Assembly (NCBI GenBank): GCA_030141605.1
Contig: JAQGDQ010000010.1
Coordinates: 186,001-250,000, forward strand
Length of the DNA stretch: 64,000 nt
DNA from: Tubiluchus corallicola
Taxonomy: Eukaryota; Animalia; Priapulida
Reading direction: 5' to 3'
In this document: piece by piece, positions 49,431 through 64,000 of the stretch
Layout of the letters: every line of letters begins with the position of its first letter
Position numbering within the stretch: the stretch's first letter is position 1
Program-made: the position numbers and the translations under genes
The notes under the pieces: model-generated
What the model saw: the letters and a program-made list of their open reading frames with translations, nothing else
Told to the model about the DNA's origin: nothing
Database searches by the model: none

Positions 49431-52400
49431 GTGAAGAAAGTTGAGTTAGTATAGAAGCAGAAAATGATGATGATTCCACGATAGACGGCGAGAGTATAAA
49501 CTGTGAAGGGACAGCACAGTTTGTTGTTATAGCCTCAAGTTTGTGAAATGTAATAACTACTAATAAGTTTTCAGTAGTAACAACTGCTACAGCTAAATTT
49601 ACAACACGCAGCACCTTTCAGAAAACAATATTAAGACAAAAAACTGTACAGAGGTAGGAAAAAACAGAAAAGGACATGGAGTGTCCAAATATTCAAAAGA
49701 ATCAGATGTGCCTGCGGCATTGGCTGTGTCGTGCTGACGAGAATGCTAAAAGGTATTTCAAAGGGCAAATTGTAAAAAATCTAAACATTCAAGTCTACAG
49801 AATCAAGTCAATAACATTACATTATATGGCAGTCAACTTTTTACCAAGTTCGAACTCAATCTATTTTCCTTTACATCGCCGACGCAATAATGCATAATAA
49901 GAAGTCTGTCTTGTTTGTCTTTTCCATGTCGCTATCTTTCCTCTACTAAATGACGGGCAGGGAAGCCGATTTCAACAAAAACGGCGAATAAACTGTGCTA
50001 AGAACGCTATCAATCACTGGCAGCCGTGCGATGGAGGCGATTCACTGCTGATTCCTACGCCGCCCGTGAAGAAACTTAACTCTTTCGCTTTTGAGAATTA
50101 CGGGGGAAAAGGGTGCACTAACACCTCGAGGATGAAGAAGAAATTATAACTGATGGTTTCCGAATATGGGGCAAGTGTTTGAAGAGGAAACTGAGTAGCT
50201 TACAAATACACGTACTGTATAAAGAAGAATTACCGTATAATATGCACAACTTTTCAGAAAATCCTTATTCAAGCGACACTATTTTTTATAGATAAAACGC
50301 AATTTGGCTGAAACTCTGGAAATCTTCGGTTTATTTGCTTGAAATTTCGAATCCAGCATTTTGGGATCTCACAACCAATCACATACTTTTGTCCAAAGTT
50401 GTAAATAAAAATACTTAATTAAAATTAAATAAAATTAAAATTAATATTAAATTAAAATATTTGAATTTTACAGTTTTAACCATAATAAGGAAAGTGAAGT
50501 CTTGAAAGGAACGTCAGTTGTTCAAACAAATGTAAAAAAACAATGTGTAAAAACAGCGACAACATCAAAATTTATTCTGTTTCAAAATTTTTTCATTGTA
50601 GTCCAATCAAGCAAATTTTAACATGACTAAGACAGTCTTGGCTTGAATCTTCAACAAAAGTGCTTGCAGCACATTCAGCGACAAACAGTGAAACGAAATA
50701 AGTTTATATCACTTGGAAGTTTTCAGTAGTGGTTATCGTTAATTAAGCTTACGCACCAGGACAGGCCAATTTTATAAGTTTACAACTAAAACACTTTAAT
50801 GAGTTCACCACGTTACCTCTTAGCATTATTTTCAATATCCCTAGTATTTCTCAGCTGCTAGGAATTATCTAATGGACTTGTGCTCCATGAAAAACGATAC
50901 CGAAAACGTGACTGGAAAGTGCTTGTTTGCAAATTTTAGCGAAAAACTATGCCAGCCTTTCGTAAAAAATGCAACGTGAAAACAGTGACATCCAAAAAAT
51001 TAGTAGTCCCAAATCAAAATAAAAATGAGACTTTTGTTCAAAAAAACATCGAGGCGAATAGAATGAAATGAATGCGAAATTAGCTGTCAAAAGTGCATTG
51101 TCTCCTTATCAAATCCAGACATATGACGACAACTATTGCGCTGTATTAATTCACGCAAGAATAAACCAATTCTTATGCTAAATTTTATTGCAGTAAACGC
51201 CGAAAATAATTTGACCAGATATGCCTACAATTTAGTAATTTCCAACGCTACATCCGCGTATAGAATGATAACAATCAAGATCTTTCATAGTCATTGTGGA
51301 AATTAAAAAAAATCCTGTAGCCACGCACTAACGCAGAGCTAGCAATTAACTTGTATCCATCCAACAATCGCTCATGCGCGCTCCTCGCAAAGTGGTTTAA
51401 ATTCTTGCTTTGACCAATAAAAATCGCAGTTTTCTCTCAAGCTGGTTTTATTACCATTAATAAAGCGTAATAAGTAGAAGCTGTAAAATTGTCAGTGTTT
51501 TGATATCAGTCGTACGATATGCATTGAATGTTTTAATTCTGGCCTGATTCCCTTACTCTTATTACAGGAAATTTTATATTGGTGTTTCAGAACGCGCCAA
51601 TGTGAACATAAAGTCAGTAGCAGCGGATAAAAGCAAACACTGTCAAAGCGAAAACGAACGTCAAATTATAACTTGATAAATAGCTGCGTATTATTATTAT
51701 TATTATTAATATTATTACAATTATTATTATTATACGTATATAAAAACGTCATTTTTGTTGAGCACTAAAACTCGTATAAGGCCAACATGCAAAACTTAGT
51801 GCGCATCACTACTGTCGTTGTAATCACATCACGTATGTATGTGTCGAATGAATAAAAAAATAATGTTTCGTGGATTGACTTCAATGACTTTACTTCAGAC
51901 AATTACTACATATTTATATAAACAAACACAGCAGTTTATTCACAGCTTTTACAGCGGGCATTATTATTATTATTATTTATTTATTTAACTTATGAAATAT
52001 TCAGCTTATACACAAGTTCCATCGTTTTTATCTGTTTTATCTATTTTTATTAATAAATAAATACATACATATATTACATATATACCCATATATATATATA
52101 TATATATATATATCTATTTTTAGCACGTGGTTGGAACAGTGGACAAGATAACTAAAAAATGCTGCAATCTACACGGAAAGTGAAATCAAATGTACTCATA
52201 TACAAATGCGCGCGCATACTCTAAAATTGACATTTCACAATAGCGCAAAACTAATCAGGTACCTTTCAAGCTTCAAGTACACTGAAGCAACCAATGTTCA
52301 AACCTGAGACAAGAAAAAGGTCAATTAGGTGTTGGTATGAGAGCATTAATTTCTCTAAGGAGTCTGTTCCAGCATCCTAATCTGTGTTAGATTTCGATTA

Positions 52401-52974
52401 GAGAATTGCATTGGTTGAGTCGTCCAAATTTCATTTCTTTTCGTCTCGGACTTTCATTACGAAATTCTCCAGAGGAGGCGAATTTGATAAGGCTTGCCGA
52501 AGGAGACGTGGGAATTATACTTCCCAAGTCTCTGTTTGCCGTCTTTGATCGAAGTGTAATAATTGAAACGTAAAAAAGTGTAAAAAATAAAAATTGGAGT
52601 GCAGGAAGCAGTTGCAGCTCATTTAATTACTAAAACTAAAGCACTCTTACTGTAAACCTTCTCTAGTTGCCTTATCTAATGTAAAGAAATTAGCCAATTA
52701 TTGTTCTTCAGACATGTTGAGCCGAATCGGACGCCAACTTTGTTACAAATTAAGTTTCAGCCGTTGATTCCTTCACGTTACAAAAACACCAGCGAATTGA
52801 TGGAATTAAACAATTTGGAGCAATCACATTTATCTTCTCCGAGGGTAGAATCAAAGGCTGAGAATGTAAACTTGTTAGTTTTCATTCTGGAAAAGCAGTT
52901 TGGCGGTGAAAACAATTGTGCTAAAAAGACGAAATAGACGGGAAATGAGAAGTACGGAAAAGGGGAAAGAAAGC

Positions 52975-53502
<528 letters not shown>

Positions 53503-56500
53503 ATGCAAACCAATTAGCCCCGTTGAGCACGAAGATCACGCTAAAACCCCTTGCGCTAACGTACAACTGTAATCTTATCCTGTTTACTGGCAATTGCAAT
53601 TTAACTTACAATCGCCTTGTTTAGCTTACAAAGTGGTACAAATACACTCTTTGTTGTAATCTAAGTACTTTTACAATCCTTTGTACACTCAGCTGTTGCA
53701 AATACTATAAGTTCGGGCGTGAATTTGCTTTTGATATTAGCGTTTAAAATTAGGATAATAAGAATCTTTGTCTAACCTAGTGTCGATGTTTATGTTCGGA
53801 AGTGGCCTGGACAGGATAATTAGCTCTCAAGCTGTCTTTGTAAGTGATGCTGTGTGCACTGTCATACCTGAACGCGTGCCAAACAGTCCCTTCGAGTTTA
53901 AGATAGTGAAGTAAAATTTTATTACATGGTGGTTAATATGACTTTTGTATATTATATCGCTACCAACTATTACCACTTAAAATTGTTTTGCATCATTCAG
54001 CAATGGATTGGCGCTTATACTATCTTTCTGCTTCAAACGCAGGGTTCTGCTGAGAAGAAATAAATAATGAACAACAAATATAAAAATAATGTAAAAACAC
54101 AAACACTTGCAAAACAAATAACAAAGTCAAGACTATACACAACTAATGTATAAAGTCATGAAAATTGCAAAATCTTTTAGGTAAACTACGTGTCGTTTGA
54201 TGAAATTAATGATGATTGATATAAATACATATATCATTAACGTTTTTGACGTTTTCGCCATAAGCACGTTGAAATTTTCTTCGAGAATGTAACTGAGACA
54301 CGTTAATTCAATTCAAAATTCATGGCTAAAATTGACTTTGAAAATTCAATAGTGAATTAATTCATCAATTAATTATGAGGCACGCGTTACTAAAGAAATA
54401 CACTCGAGGGCTTATAATAAGTTTGTGTATCGTAACTGAAAGAGTCTTGTGGAGCCAGTGTTTGTCTCGTTTTTTAGATGTCAACTGCGCTAAAACCTCC
54501 GAACACAGAGTAGAGCGACACGTTTGAATTATTGGCTGTGGTTTGTGTCAAATTGGTGCTATGCATCTACGCCGTTATTACGTTGTGAAAATGGTTTATA
54601 TTTCACTGAGGTGTGTGAGCGGGAGGAAAAATTTTGCTGGATGTTATATTGAAGCACAAATGCCATGAACCACTAGCGCACAATTCAGTGCACCACTAGT
54701 GCACTATTGGTCACAGGCTACAAGAGACCAATAGATATGTGAAGTGAACAGACATCAAAAGATCTGCAGTGCGAAGAAGCCATTCTACTAGTTGATATAC
54801 GTGCAGTCATACAAAAAAACTAAATTTAATAAAATAAAATCCTTAACGAATAAATTACTAGCTGAACTGTGTGGGACATCACATTTCTGATTTGTCCAAA
54901 CTTGTAAACTACACATGGTAAATGTGTAATAATTTATCGATAAGCGATTAACTCTTTTATCAAGTGCAATTATAACACTCAATTAAACTTAAAAAATTAA
55001 TGATGCATATAAAAGAGAATCCGTGGAATAATAAATGCGTTTCATTGGGAGCTCTGGGAAATAAATATGGATATTAGCCATAATTCAGAAGGTTGTGGGT
55101 TCGTGGAGCGACATAAAGTCCTCACCACCTTGGGACCAGAGACTTGGCAAATATCGATAATGGCGGGAATTAGTAGTGAAGGCTTTTGAGAGAACGTCTC
55201 GCCGACAATAACTGTAAAAACAAGCGTCACTACCAATCATATTCTTCTGAAGCGAATAGATCGGAGTGTTGACATTAATGGCGTGTTGATCTCTTATACT
55301 TAGCTAAATAGACATTTGAAATCAAGGCGGCTGTAAATTTAAAAAACGGTTGGCATTGGTCCACCTTCTTTTCTAAATGCTGATACTTTTTTCCGACACT
55401 TTCAAGCTTGTTGTCACAGCCCTAGGATTAAAAAAGCAAAAAATGATTCTGCAACGGATTCATTTATTTTACAGTTGATTGTGCGAAGGGACACGTACGA
55501 GATGGATCTTCACACACCATCATCAGCACGCCCCAAATTTCTGAGATGATCTGGCTGATCAGAGAAAGAACGATAAGAAACGAATGAGTCATTTTCTTGT
55601 GTCAATTACCTTAGCCTAAAATGATTAGCAACATTGCCAAACATGCTATAATAATAGGGTTATGTGGGGTGACTAATCAGACTTGTTTTTTCCTCCCACC
55701 AGAATATTTTGCTATCATAATTCTTTGCTATCACGACAAAAAGTATTTAACTGATAAATGGCGTACCGTAGTTGATAAAGCAGAAGGAAAACCACGATGT
55801 TTGGTCAATATTAAGAAACCAGGGATAAGCTAAAACGCTGCATGAGTCATGATGGTCAGCAACTAAAATATATGAATGAGACTGAAATACATGCTAAAAA
55901 CTAGTAAATACGCCACACTTTTATATTGATGGAAAATGGCATATAAATCGTACGTTTTCCTTTTCGTCTTTTTTCTTTCTGACTTCTTTCAACTAAATGC
56001 TACATAGCTCTTCCTTATTTTCCTCTCTCAAAGGCTCTCTTTTCTTATAATCTTCATTCTTCCTTTTTTATTTCACATTTGGCGGCGGCTTAACAACGTC
56101 CCCTTCTCAGCTCTCATGCAGCAAATTTCTATAGCAAAGTATGTTTAGTTTATCACAGTTGAACACTTGTTAAATTTACTGTATAGTTTAATTCTTTTCA
56201 ATTAAACAGCAGTAATTTGAAGACTTGCAGTATCTTATAAAAAATTTACATGTAGAAGATCCTTAACCAGTGTGTCAGACCTGGAGAATGGAACTTGAAA
56301 TCGACCAATGGTCCATAGGCAACATGATTTCAGAACATCTCTGCGGGCATTAGGTATACTTGACTACGTACAATGTTGACTTAGGTTTGCAGTTCTCTCA
56401 ACTGTTACGTCACTTAATTACAAATTACAATTTCGCTTCAACAATGATGAAGTTGATTAACGGTTCAAGCTTTCGTAACACACAACATGACCCGTAATGT

Positions 56501-59500
56501 AACTCTGTCTGAACTCCTAGCCACGATGATCTTCGCCTTTTGCACTTACGCAGCTTTTTCAAGATCATTCTTTTCTTCAAAATTTTTGCAAAACAGTTTC
56601 AGGAGAACAGTAACAGCTATAGATAAAGCATTTTTGACATTAACGCGAGCGCATCAAGCGAAACGCCATGATGATAAAAATTTATGATTATTACAGCAAT
56701 GTTTCTATTCCCTAGTTGTTAGTTTAATTTTGTAAATCTATTACATGGCACTGCAGCGTACTGCTGCGTTATTAATAACATGTCTGCATGTGTACATACA
56801 CGTACAACAGAATTCCAATTCTGATATTATCACAGTCGAAGTAATAAAATATTTGGAAGTTCTAAAAGCAACACAGATGGGATGGACTAAAACGGTGCTC
56901 CCCTATCAGATCTGTTTAAAGACTGGAACAATAACCGTTATTGGTTAATGCTTATACTTCCCTTCATGGATAACAAAACGAAAAACTAATCTGCTAAGTG
57001 CAGTACGATTGCCTGTAAGGAAAGAGGCGGGATGAAAAAACTGGAAAGACGACCGGAAGTTTAAATTCGGGACAGGCAACGTGGCTACTAGAAGGGAACA
57101 TTCCCAGATTCCTGCTTCTTTTACAGGACCTTTTTTATTTGCAAGGGCCATACTAATTGCAGGATTTATGTGCAAGAACAATAATAATCTTTAATGGGAC
57201 CTAAAAGTAATAAAACATCTTTGTCGTTGTCTTAATGATTTATTTTCGTCTTTATCTTTATCAAGACTTACGTATATATGACTATAGAAATGTCCATGGA
57301 ATAAAAGTAACACAATGTTATAGCAGATGACACTGTTTGCTACGTCTACATGCTAAGAATGATACCTATAATTGACGCATTTGTAAAAGAAAATTTTTTA
57401 TTGGGGTATGTAATCTAGATGTTTAAATGATCTGTAAAGTTTTGTTCATAGTTTTGCGGTACACTGAAATTTTCAGTAACGTACTTCAAATACAAACTAG
57501 GCCTAAATTGTTCACATAGATGCAAAAATCATCTCTAAAAATAAATATTAGGTGTTAATTATTGATTTAGCATTTCGCGTAAGTTTAAACAGTGGAAATG
57601 TATTTTCTGGTTATAATTTTTGACAGTCGCAGTAACATTGTATTAGCTATACATTTATTTACCATTGTCTGATTAATCGGCGTATATATGTGTACTCGCT
57701 GTTGCTGCTGCTGACTGTGTAGCTGCTGTTGTGGTTGTTGTTGATGATACTGTTACTGCTATTGTTGGACTCTTCGAACAAACCTGCATGAAAACTTTGG
57801 TATGCTACTTAAACTTTAGAAAAAGGGCAAGAAAATAATTGATCAAGTTAATAAAATGTGGCCAAACTTTATTGTTTGAATAAATTAGCAAAACACAAAT
57901 CTTGGATACTATAATTATGTTTTAGTTTACAAATTTTATATAGTCTACCAAACGTCAAAAGCTAATCAAAATACAATAATTTTTGTCAGTGCACTGAAGG
58001 TTGTATAACGGAATCAAAAAGAATCTCAGCAGAACCTTTCCAGCAATTGTCTATATTCTTGCCCTGAACAAATATTAGCGAATTTGACGGCTTTCAGTCG
58101 GTAGAAAATGACAGGACGCACTCTACTGGCGTTCTAACGAAGACACACAGGGAGAAGTGATCCACCGCGCAAACAGAGAGATCTTAGAATATCTGTCATT
58201 CCATTACAGGATGGCGCGTGACCATCAGGCTGGTGAATAGCATGGCTTCAGTGACGTGAAACTAATTCAATCTGTGTGTTTGTTTAGCACCAACATAGCA
58301 GAAGTCAGCTTGGAATAGCAATCAAATGAGAGGCGGCGGAAAAGGAGCACATTAAGAAGAGTAAACAATACGAGTGTTCACTTCTGAAAATCCATATCGA
58401 ATAGGACGATTAGGCGACCGCTGTCTTGCGTACTCTTGTGACCACATTGATCTTCTATGCAAATGTAGTATTAATACAGCAGTGCGTCACAATCATCAAA
58501 AGTATCAATGGTGAATTACTGACATGCATGTATTAATCAACTTTGTTACTGTGAAGTGCTTCTTTTTCCTAAAAATGTTCTTAAAAATTCGAGATACTTG
58601 CAGGACACAGAGATAACTGCGCCTTTTGTCAAAGGAAGTATCAGATTTAGGCTTATTGGTGCCCTGTGCTACGATAGAGAGGCAGACACTATATACGGCT
58701 AAAGGCGGAAAAAATTACATCTAAGAAGTCATAAAGCACACTCACTAAATACGTTTCAAGTACATTTTTTTACAAAACTACGTTATTAAAACCATACATA
58801 AAAGTTAAATTTTAAATACACACAAAATATCCGCAATGTTGAAGCCCCTGCAGATTGTGAGGCCTTAAACAGCAGCTTGATTATCTTATGTCTAAATTCT
58901 GTAATGGTAATATGCACAGAAAAGGATACATCCAAAGTGTAAAATCCAGAGATTTAGTTTTGGAAAGATTTGAATAACTTCTTGGAGACATGGTTACACA
59001 AGAAAATGAAACACAACTGTAAAAAGTAAACCTGTAAAATAAGAAATAAACGGAAACAATACAGGAAACAAAAGTGAAGTGAAGCAGAACAAACAGGGGA
59101 AGAGAAAGAAACTTAATGTAATTTACCTAACAGAAAACAAGAGCCTCCCAGCACACCTTAAAATCCACGGCACTTAAGCAGTTCTTCTAACAGCGAAACG
59201 CGAATGCACCTTAATGCAGAAAAAAGTAATAGTAAAACACGGAAGATAAAAAGGAAGAGAAAATTAGTGATTTTCCAAATACAAAACAATGTAAGACAGG
59301 GAAAATATTACTTCGAGTATACATAGTGCACAGTAGTTATAGTAACAACTAACAAGCAACTTATATTGCCCGCAAATCACACTCACTTTTTAGTAAACAT
59401 AGCAGCAGTCTATAGAACTAGATTTTCACAATCGACTGCCCTACGCTTTCCATTTTTAATGTCATCATTTCACGCTGAGCATGGCAGCCATCATTAGAAT

Positions 59501-61689
59501 CATTAAGGAAATGACATTCCATTATTTTTCCCCTAAATTTTCAGCTGAAAAGAGAAGACACTGCAGCAGTTTGACTCAGCCGGGGGAAAACCCATTCAGC
59601 CGTGACACGTTCAGCTCGACTGACTCTTGCTTAGCATAAGAAAGGAACTGGCTTCATTTTCCTTGGATGATAGAAGGGGATCTGGCTTCACTGGGCTGTG
59701 AAGGAAGGGCAGCCGGAGTTAATTCAATTGTGCCAATTCAAGCAACTGTCTTCTCAACTTATCAAGAAAACCCTAGCCAAGTACAGCAGCAATGGACTGT
59801 CAGGCTCAAAGTTTATCTATGATAAGACGCTCGACTGACGTCTATGGCTTACTATTCCAATAAACAAGGGGCTGGATTTCCGAGTGGCTTGATGGGGGAT
59901 TGTGGGACTTAGAGAGAGGTGTTTATAAAGAAAGCAAAGAGTTGAAGAACAATAAACTTCAATGCAATCGACACTCTGACACAACTGCATCCTTGAACAA
60001 TAATTGTTGTGAAGATTTTTGGGGCCTGTTGCTAAGTTATATTTTGTTTTAAAACAAACTCTCAGCTGGAGAATGTCTATGAAAGCATATGTTTGTGGCA
60101 GAAATGTTTTGTCAGCTTTTCTACTAAATAAGCAAATTAAAAGTTATATGTTATTATTACGTAACTACAGTACGGCATTTACAGGTTTTAAATATGCATT
60201 GAGTTTAAACAACCTAAATTTTGTTCTTATTTATTAAAAAAAAACAAAAATCAGTACACTATAAAAGGCTAACGCTACGTGAAACAGCGAAGAATGTTAA
60301 TCAAGCATGTACAGACCTGAAAAATTATGTAATGCCTTCTAAGTGACCCTTGTATACTTACCTTAGAGAAAACTTTTATCTAACATCCCTGACTAACATC
60401 ACAAAATAAATCCTCTTTTAGCAAAACTGTCAAACACGCAGCGTTTCCCCTAATCGAATAGAAGTTTCAACCGACGGAATATGATATTATCAGCCAACCT
60501 ACAGTTTTCAAAATCTATACACGAACATTAGTTTTGTCAACAGGAATTGGATACAACAAATACGTTGTGTCAGTTAATAGACCGCGGGTGGCCTGCGAAC
60601 GGGAGTGAGAAGCCAAGACCGTAAGATTTGTAAGACGGTTTGTAAGAAACGTTGTTGGTGCTGGATTTGTTCAAGCGATTTAGACTAAAAGTAAGAAAAT
60701 ATAAAATTGCAAGCCCGAATCACCCCGACAAACAACACTATTTAACGCCTATTATTTCATGGAGAACAGACTTGGGCTAGACAAAAAAAAATGGAAAAAG
60801 TTTTCCTGTCCTGACGTAGATGTAAGGCAAACTGTGGAGGTATTGTTTATTGAAAAAGTAAAACACACACAGCTAGTGAGATTTTCACTCGAGGCAGTGA
60901 AAGTCTGTGTAGATGCTGAGTGTACTGGCACTAAGAAACGTCAATTTGCCACCCACACACACCCACGCAATCACACCACCAGATGCCAAATGTCCAGTAC
61001 CTGTAAAGTGCTCTCAAGTTATCAGCGCGCATTGAAGCCGCAGGTCTGCCTATGGTCTAAATTCCAATTTTAGACACGCCAGGGCTGGACAAATAGAAAG
61101 TACCACTAGAGTCTTTCTGAGTGTACCGTTAAAGCACGAATATCACCGCCCTCGTTTTCACATTGTTACATGCATCGTGTGCGTAACGTTTGGCGTAATT
61201 GCGTTTCTCAACTTTTAATACCCATCATTCCGTGCGCCAGTCATTTCCCAACGGGTCCTGGATAACAGACATCTCAGCTCGAGCAAATGATTTACAGCAC
61301 TTTAGTAACGTGGCTTAATTTCAAGCTAAGTGTCCTATAAATGCATTGCTGGCACTCCCAAGATCATTGCATGAAAGCTCTGCTGCCACTAGAGATGCGC
61401 CATCGTCAGTCAGAGAGATAAATATTTCCGTAACTATGGTAACGGCGGAATCCTGCCGGCGGCCGACTATTTATTAATTCGCTTAAAATTAGCGAGACGC
61501 TAATTAATGCTCCTAATATCCATGTTTTATGAAACAAATTTATCAGAGTTAATTTTATCTAGCCGTACCATTCAAGAGCTCAAATATAGAGAAATCTTAT
61601 CCGCTTCAATATAATATAAAATTATGGATTAAAAATTTCTAAGCATCTGCCTCGACAATGATGCTGTAGGTAATAATAATCATGAAGGT

Positions 61690-62062
61690 AATGATGACTA
61701 ATGATGATGATGGTGACGGTGACGAGTTATAGTTCCTTTTGTTGGAACACAGGGGTGAACAATCTCAAAATGTTTCCATAGTAACAGAAACTGGAAAGAA
61801 AATGATTGCGTTTCATTGCTTCACAGATCTCTCTCACGACAACGATGGCAACGGCGACGGTGGTGGTGATGGTGCTGATGATGATAATGATTATTGATGA
61901 TGATGATGATTGATGATGATGATGATGACTGTTAGGTACTGAAATGTAATTCGTTTCTTTTGTTGCAATGCACAGTGGTGAGCAACCTCAAAATGCATGA
62001 CTAACAAAAACTGGAAAGAAATGATTGTTAGGGCACGTTTCATTGCTCCACAAATCTCTCTG
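61690..62062. repeat. ~220-bp-period tandem duplication with GAT-rich spacers
   Basis: cttttgttg...aaactggaaagaaa.tgattg...gtttcattgct.caca.atctctct occurs at ~61735-61835 and ~61957-62061. Confidence 0.7.
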
Positions 62063-63212
62063 TTGCGGAGGAACTGATTTGTGAAACAATAGCGGCAGTC
62101 AATGCACGTCGGATTTAGGCGGATTATTCGCACAGCAGAAAACAAATTATTCCTAATCGACTGCATTCAGCATCTCAATTTGCGCTATTGCGCATTGTGC
62201 TTTGGTTGGGATGCACTCAGCAGACGGACAGCACTAGCAAAAAGAACCCAAATCGGAAAACATGCAAAATGCCAAGAAGAGAGAGAAACAGTACATAATA
62301 ATGTACGCACAAGTAATAAACTTGAAAGACAAGGCCTATAATAATCTTCACATGTTGTATCTGTGATAATCTGTATTGTGCGACCGGCGGCCAGGAATGC
62401 GAAACCCACAGCAACTCTTTGTTAAGTAAAAAATCAATAAAAGAGTTCGTCTGCTTCCGCATGGAGTGCAAATTCCGTAACACATCCACACTCCGTCGCT
62501 GCATGCAGGTGCGTACATCCTATCGACCTTTTGGGAGTTTCACCTATACAAGTTTAAAAATCCACGTACTAAAAAGTGTCATCACCCTGAAGGTAGGACC
62601 TAGAAATGCCAAAATACTGTGTCTCGAATCTATTACCTATAATTTTCAAGTAATAGTACCTTCTGAGTCTTTTGCGTCAACTTGATTCGCTTGTATGTTA
62701 AATGTTATACTGCATAATTGCCACATATAGAACGGGTTACGTTTATTGATTACTGTATCATTGTATACTCTCCACATTTTAGAATATAATCTTTGTACTT
62801 CAGTTACCTTCTAGTTTAAACGCGCGGGCTATTATAGTAGAAACGTGCAATGAAAACACGAGCAAGATGAGTAAATTTTAAATTGCTCATACACAATCTT
62901 CCACCGCACAGTGAATTTATTGTAATTACTAGTTCAACTAACTCCATTAGGTTACTCAGTGCAAGCTGACACGTCGCCCATAAACCAGTAGAATTATTGT
63001 ATAACTGCATTATTGCTGTAAAACATTATGGCAGCTGTGATACGTGTTTATGGGTTTAACTTGTCAAAATCTCGGTGTGCGATGAAATTATTGCAGCTGA
63101 AAAATGATGCTTTTATGCAGATCAATATAATCAGCGGGTCAAAGTTTATAATGTGAAAACACCTGACTCATTTAATACTAGTAATAATTCACTGTAGTTA
63201 TGTTTTGTATAG

Positions 63213-63546
63213 GTGTGAGGTCGAATCTCTTGACTGGTATTGCTTTGTTGGAGATGGAATAGGCTACCCAAGTAGGAGTGCCTCTGTGTTTGTGGAAGAG
63301 ACGTGCAGTATGAAGAACACATACCTCGTCGCTGCGCGAAAACTGGACACTTTAGAGAACTTACAGCAATTTAGACTTTAGTCATTATATAAAAGTTTGG
63401 ACCAACATAACGTGACGCATTTTGTTTATGAGTGTTTTAATATTTTCAAATTATCACATTTTAACTAACCTAACTTGCAGTTTTTGAAATTATTTCTAAC
63501 TCTTGTGAATGGACTGTCACTAGTCAATAAATTTACTACTGCTACT
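63213..63546 (+). mobile_element. Degenerate LINE ORF2 3' end
   Basis: CWRWNRLPK*ECLCVCGRDVQYEEHIPRRCAKTGHFR is the same motif type as at 3400-3530; AATAAA plus tactactgctact tail. Confidence 0.6.
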
Positions 63547-64000
63547 GGTTAAGTTATATATCGAAATTATTTGTTTAGCTAGGCACTAAAAGAGCTTACA
63601 GTAAGTGATATTATCCTTCGCTTCTATCACTGTTGTTGTTTGTATTTTGCGAGATTATTATTATTATTATTATTATTATTATTGTTATTATTTTATTATT
63701 AATATTATTATAATTTTTATTTAAATTTTAAAATTAAACAAAGTCGACTGTCACACAACACTAGCATACACTACATTCATAATGCTGATTTTACTATTTT
63801 TATAGGCCTAAATTGTTTAACGGAAATTTCAATACATGCTGCAGAATTACATGGAGAATAGATTGACAAATACCAAAACAGACACACGAGTCAGTCAATA
63901 ATTTAATTTTGAACAAAGCTGGCTTACACACATAACTAACACGGTTTAATTTCAATTTCGCTTGTAAAAGACGAGTAATGTGACGATCTGAGAGTTCTGT

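Noticed and set aside
53868-54049. Minus-strand segment with good acceptor (ttcttctcag) and donor (CAG/gtatga) as a missing MOXD exon
   Set aside because: Stops in all three frames and no DOMON similarity; at most a non-coding or poison exon, unsupported.
60355-60500. Strong minus-strand donor AAG/GTAAGT at 60362/60361 as the end of MOXD exon 1
   Set aside because: The required phase-0 frame has a TAG seven codons upstream and no DOMON motif.

Overview
AT-rich, intron-rich animal (invertebrate-like) genomic DNA, not prokaryotic. Two convergent multi-exon genes were spliced by hand with GT-AG boundaries and consistent phases. (1) On the + strand is a BTB-BACK protein of the Drosophila gprs / 'serine-enriched protein' family: 5 exons at 15750-29647, with the first coding exon not located. 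(2) On the - strand is a DBH-like/MOXD copper type II monooxygenase: 12 exons at 48835-32918, 616 aa in the window, with exon 1 apparently beyond 64000. The most notable signal is in the monooxygenase. It keeps an intact frame and all five His copper ligands, but the normally invariant CuM methionine (E-M-C) is leucine (E-L-C, codon CTC at 34510-34512). It also ends in a Thr/Glu/Pro-rich stalk plus a GPI-like hydrophobic tail, suggesting a pseudoenzyme or altered-chemistry paralogue. The rest is degenerate transposon debris: an Academ-like transposase relic, several LINE 3' ends, MITEs, SINE heads, a nested insertion cluster at 5.1-7.5 kb carrying a possible GH1 gene relic, intronic foldback hairpins and long microsatellites. 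Most ORFs in the supplied track are artefacts. Family assignments come from recalled motifs, not database searches.
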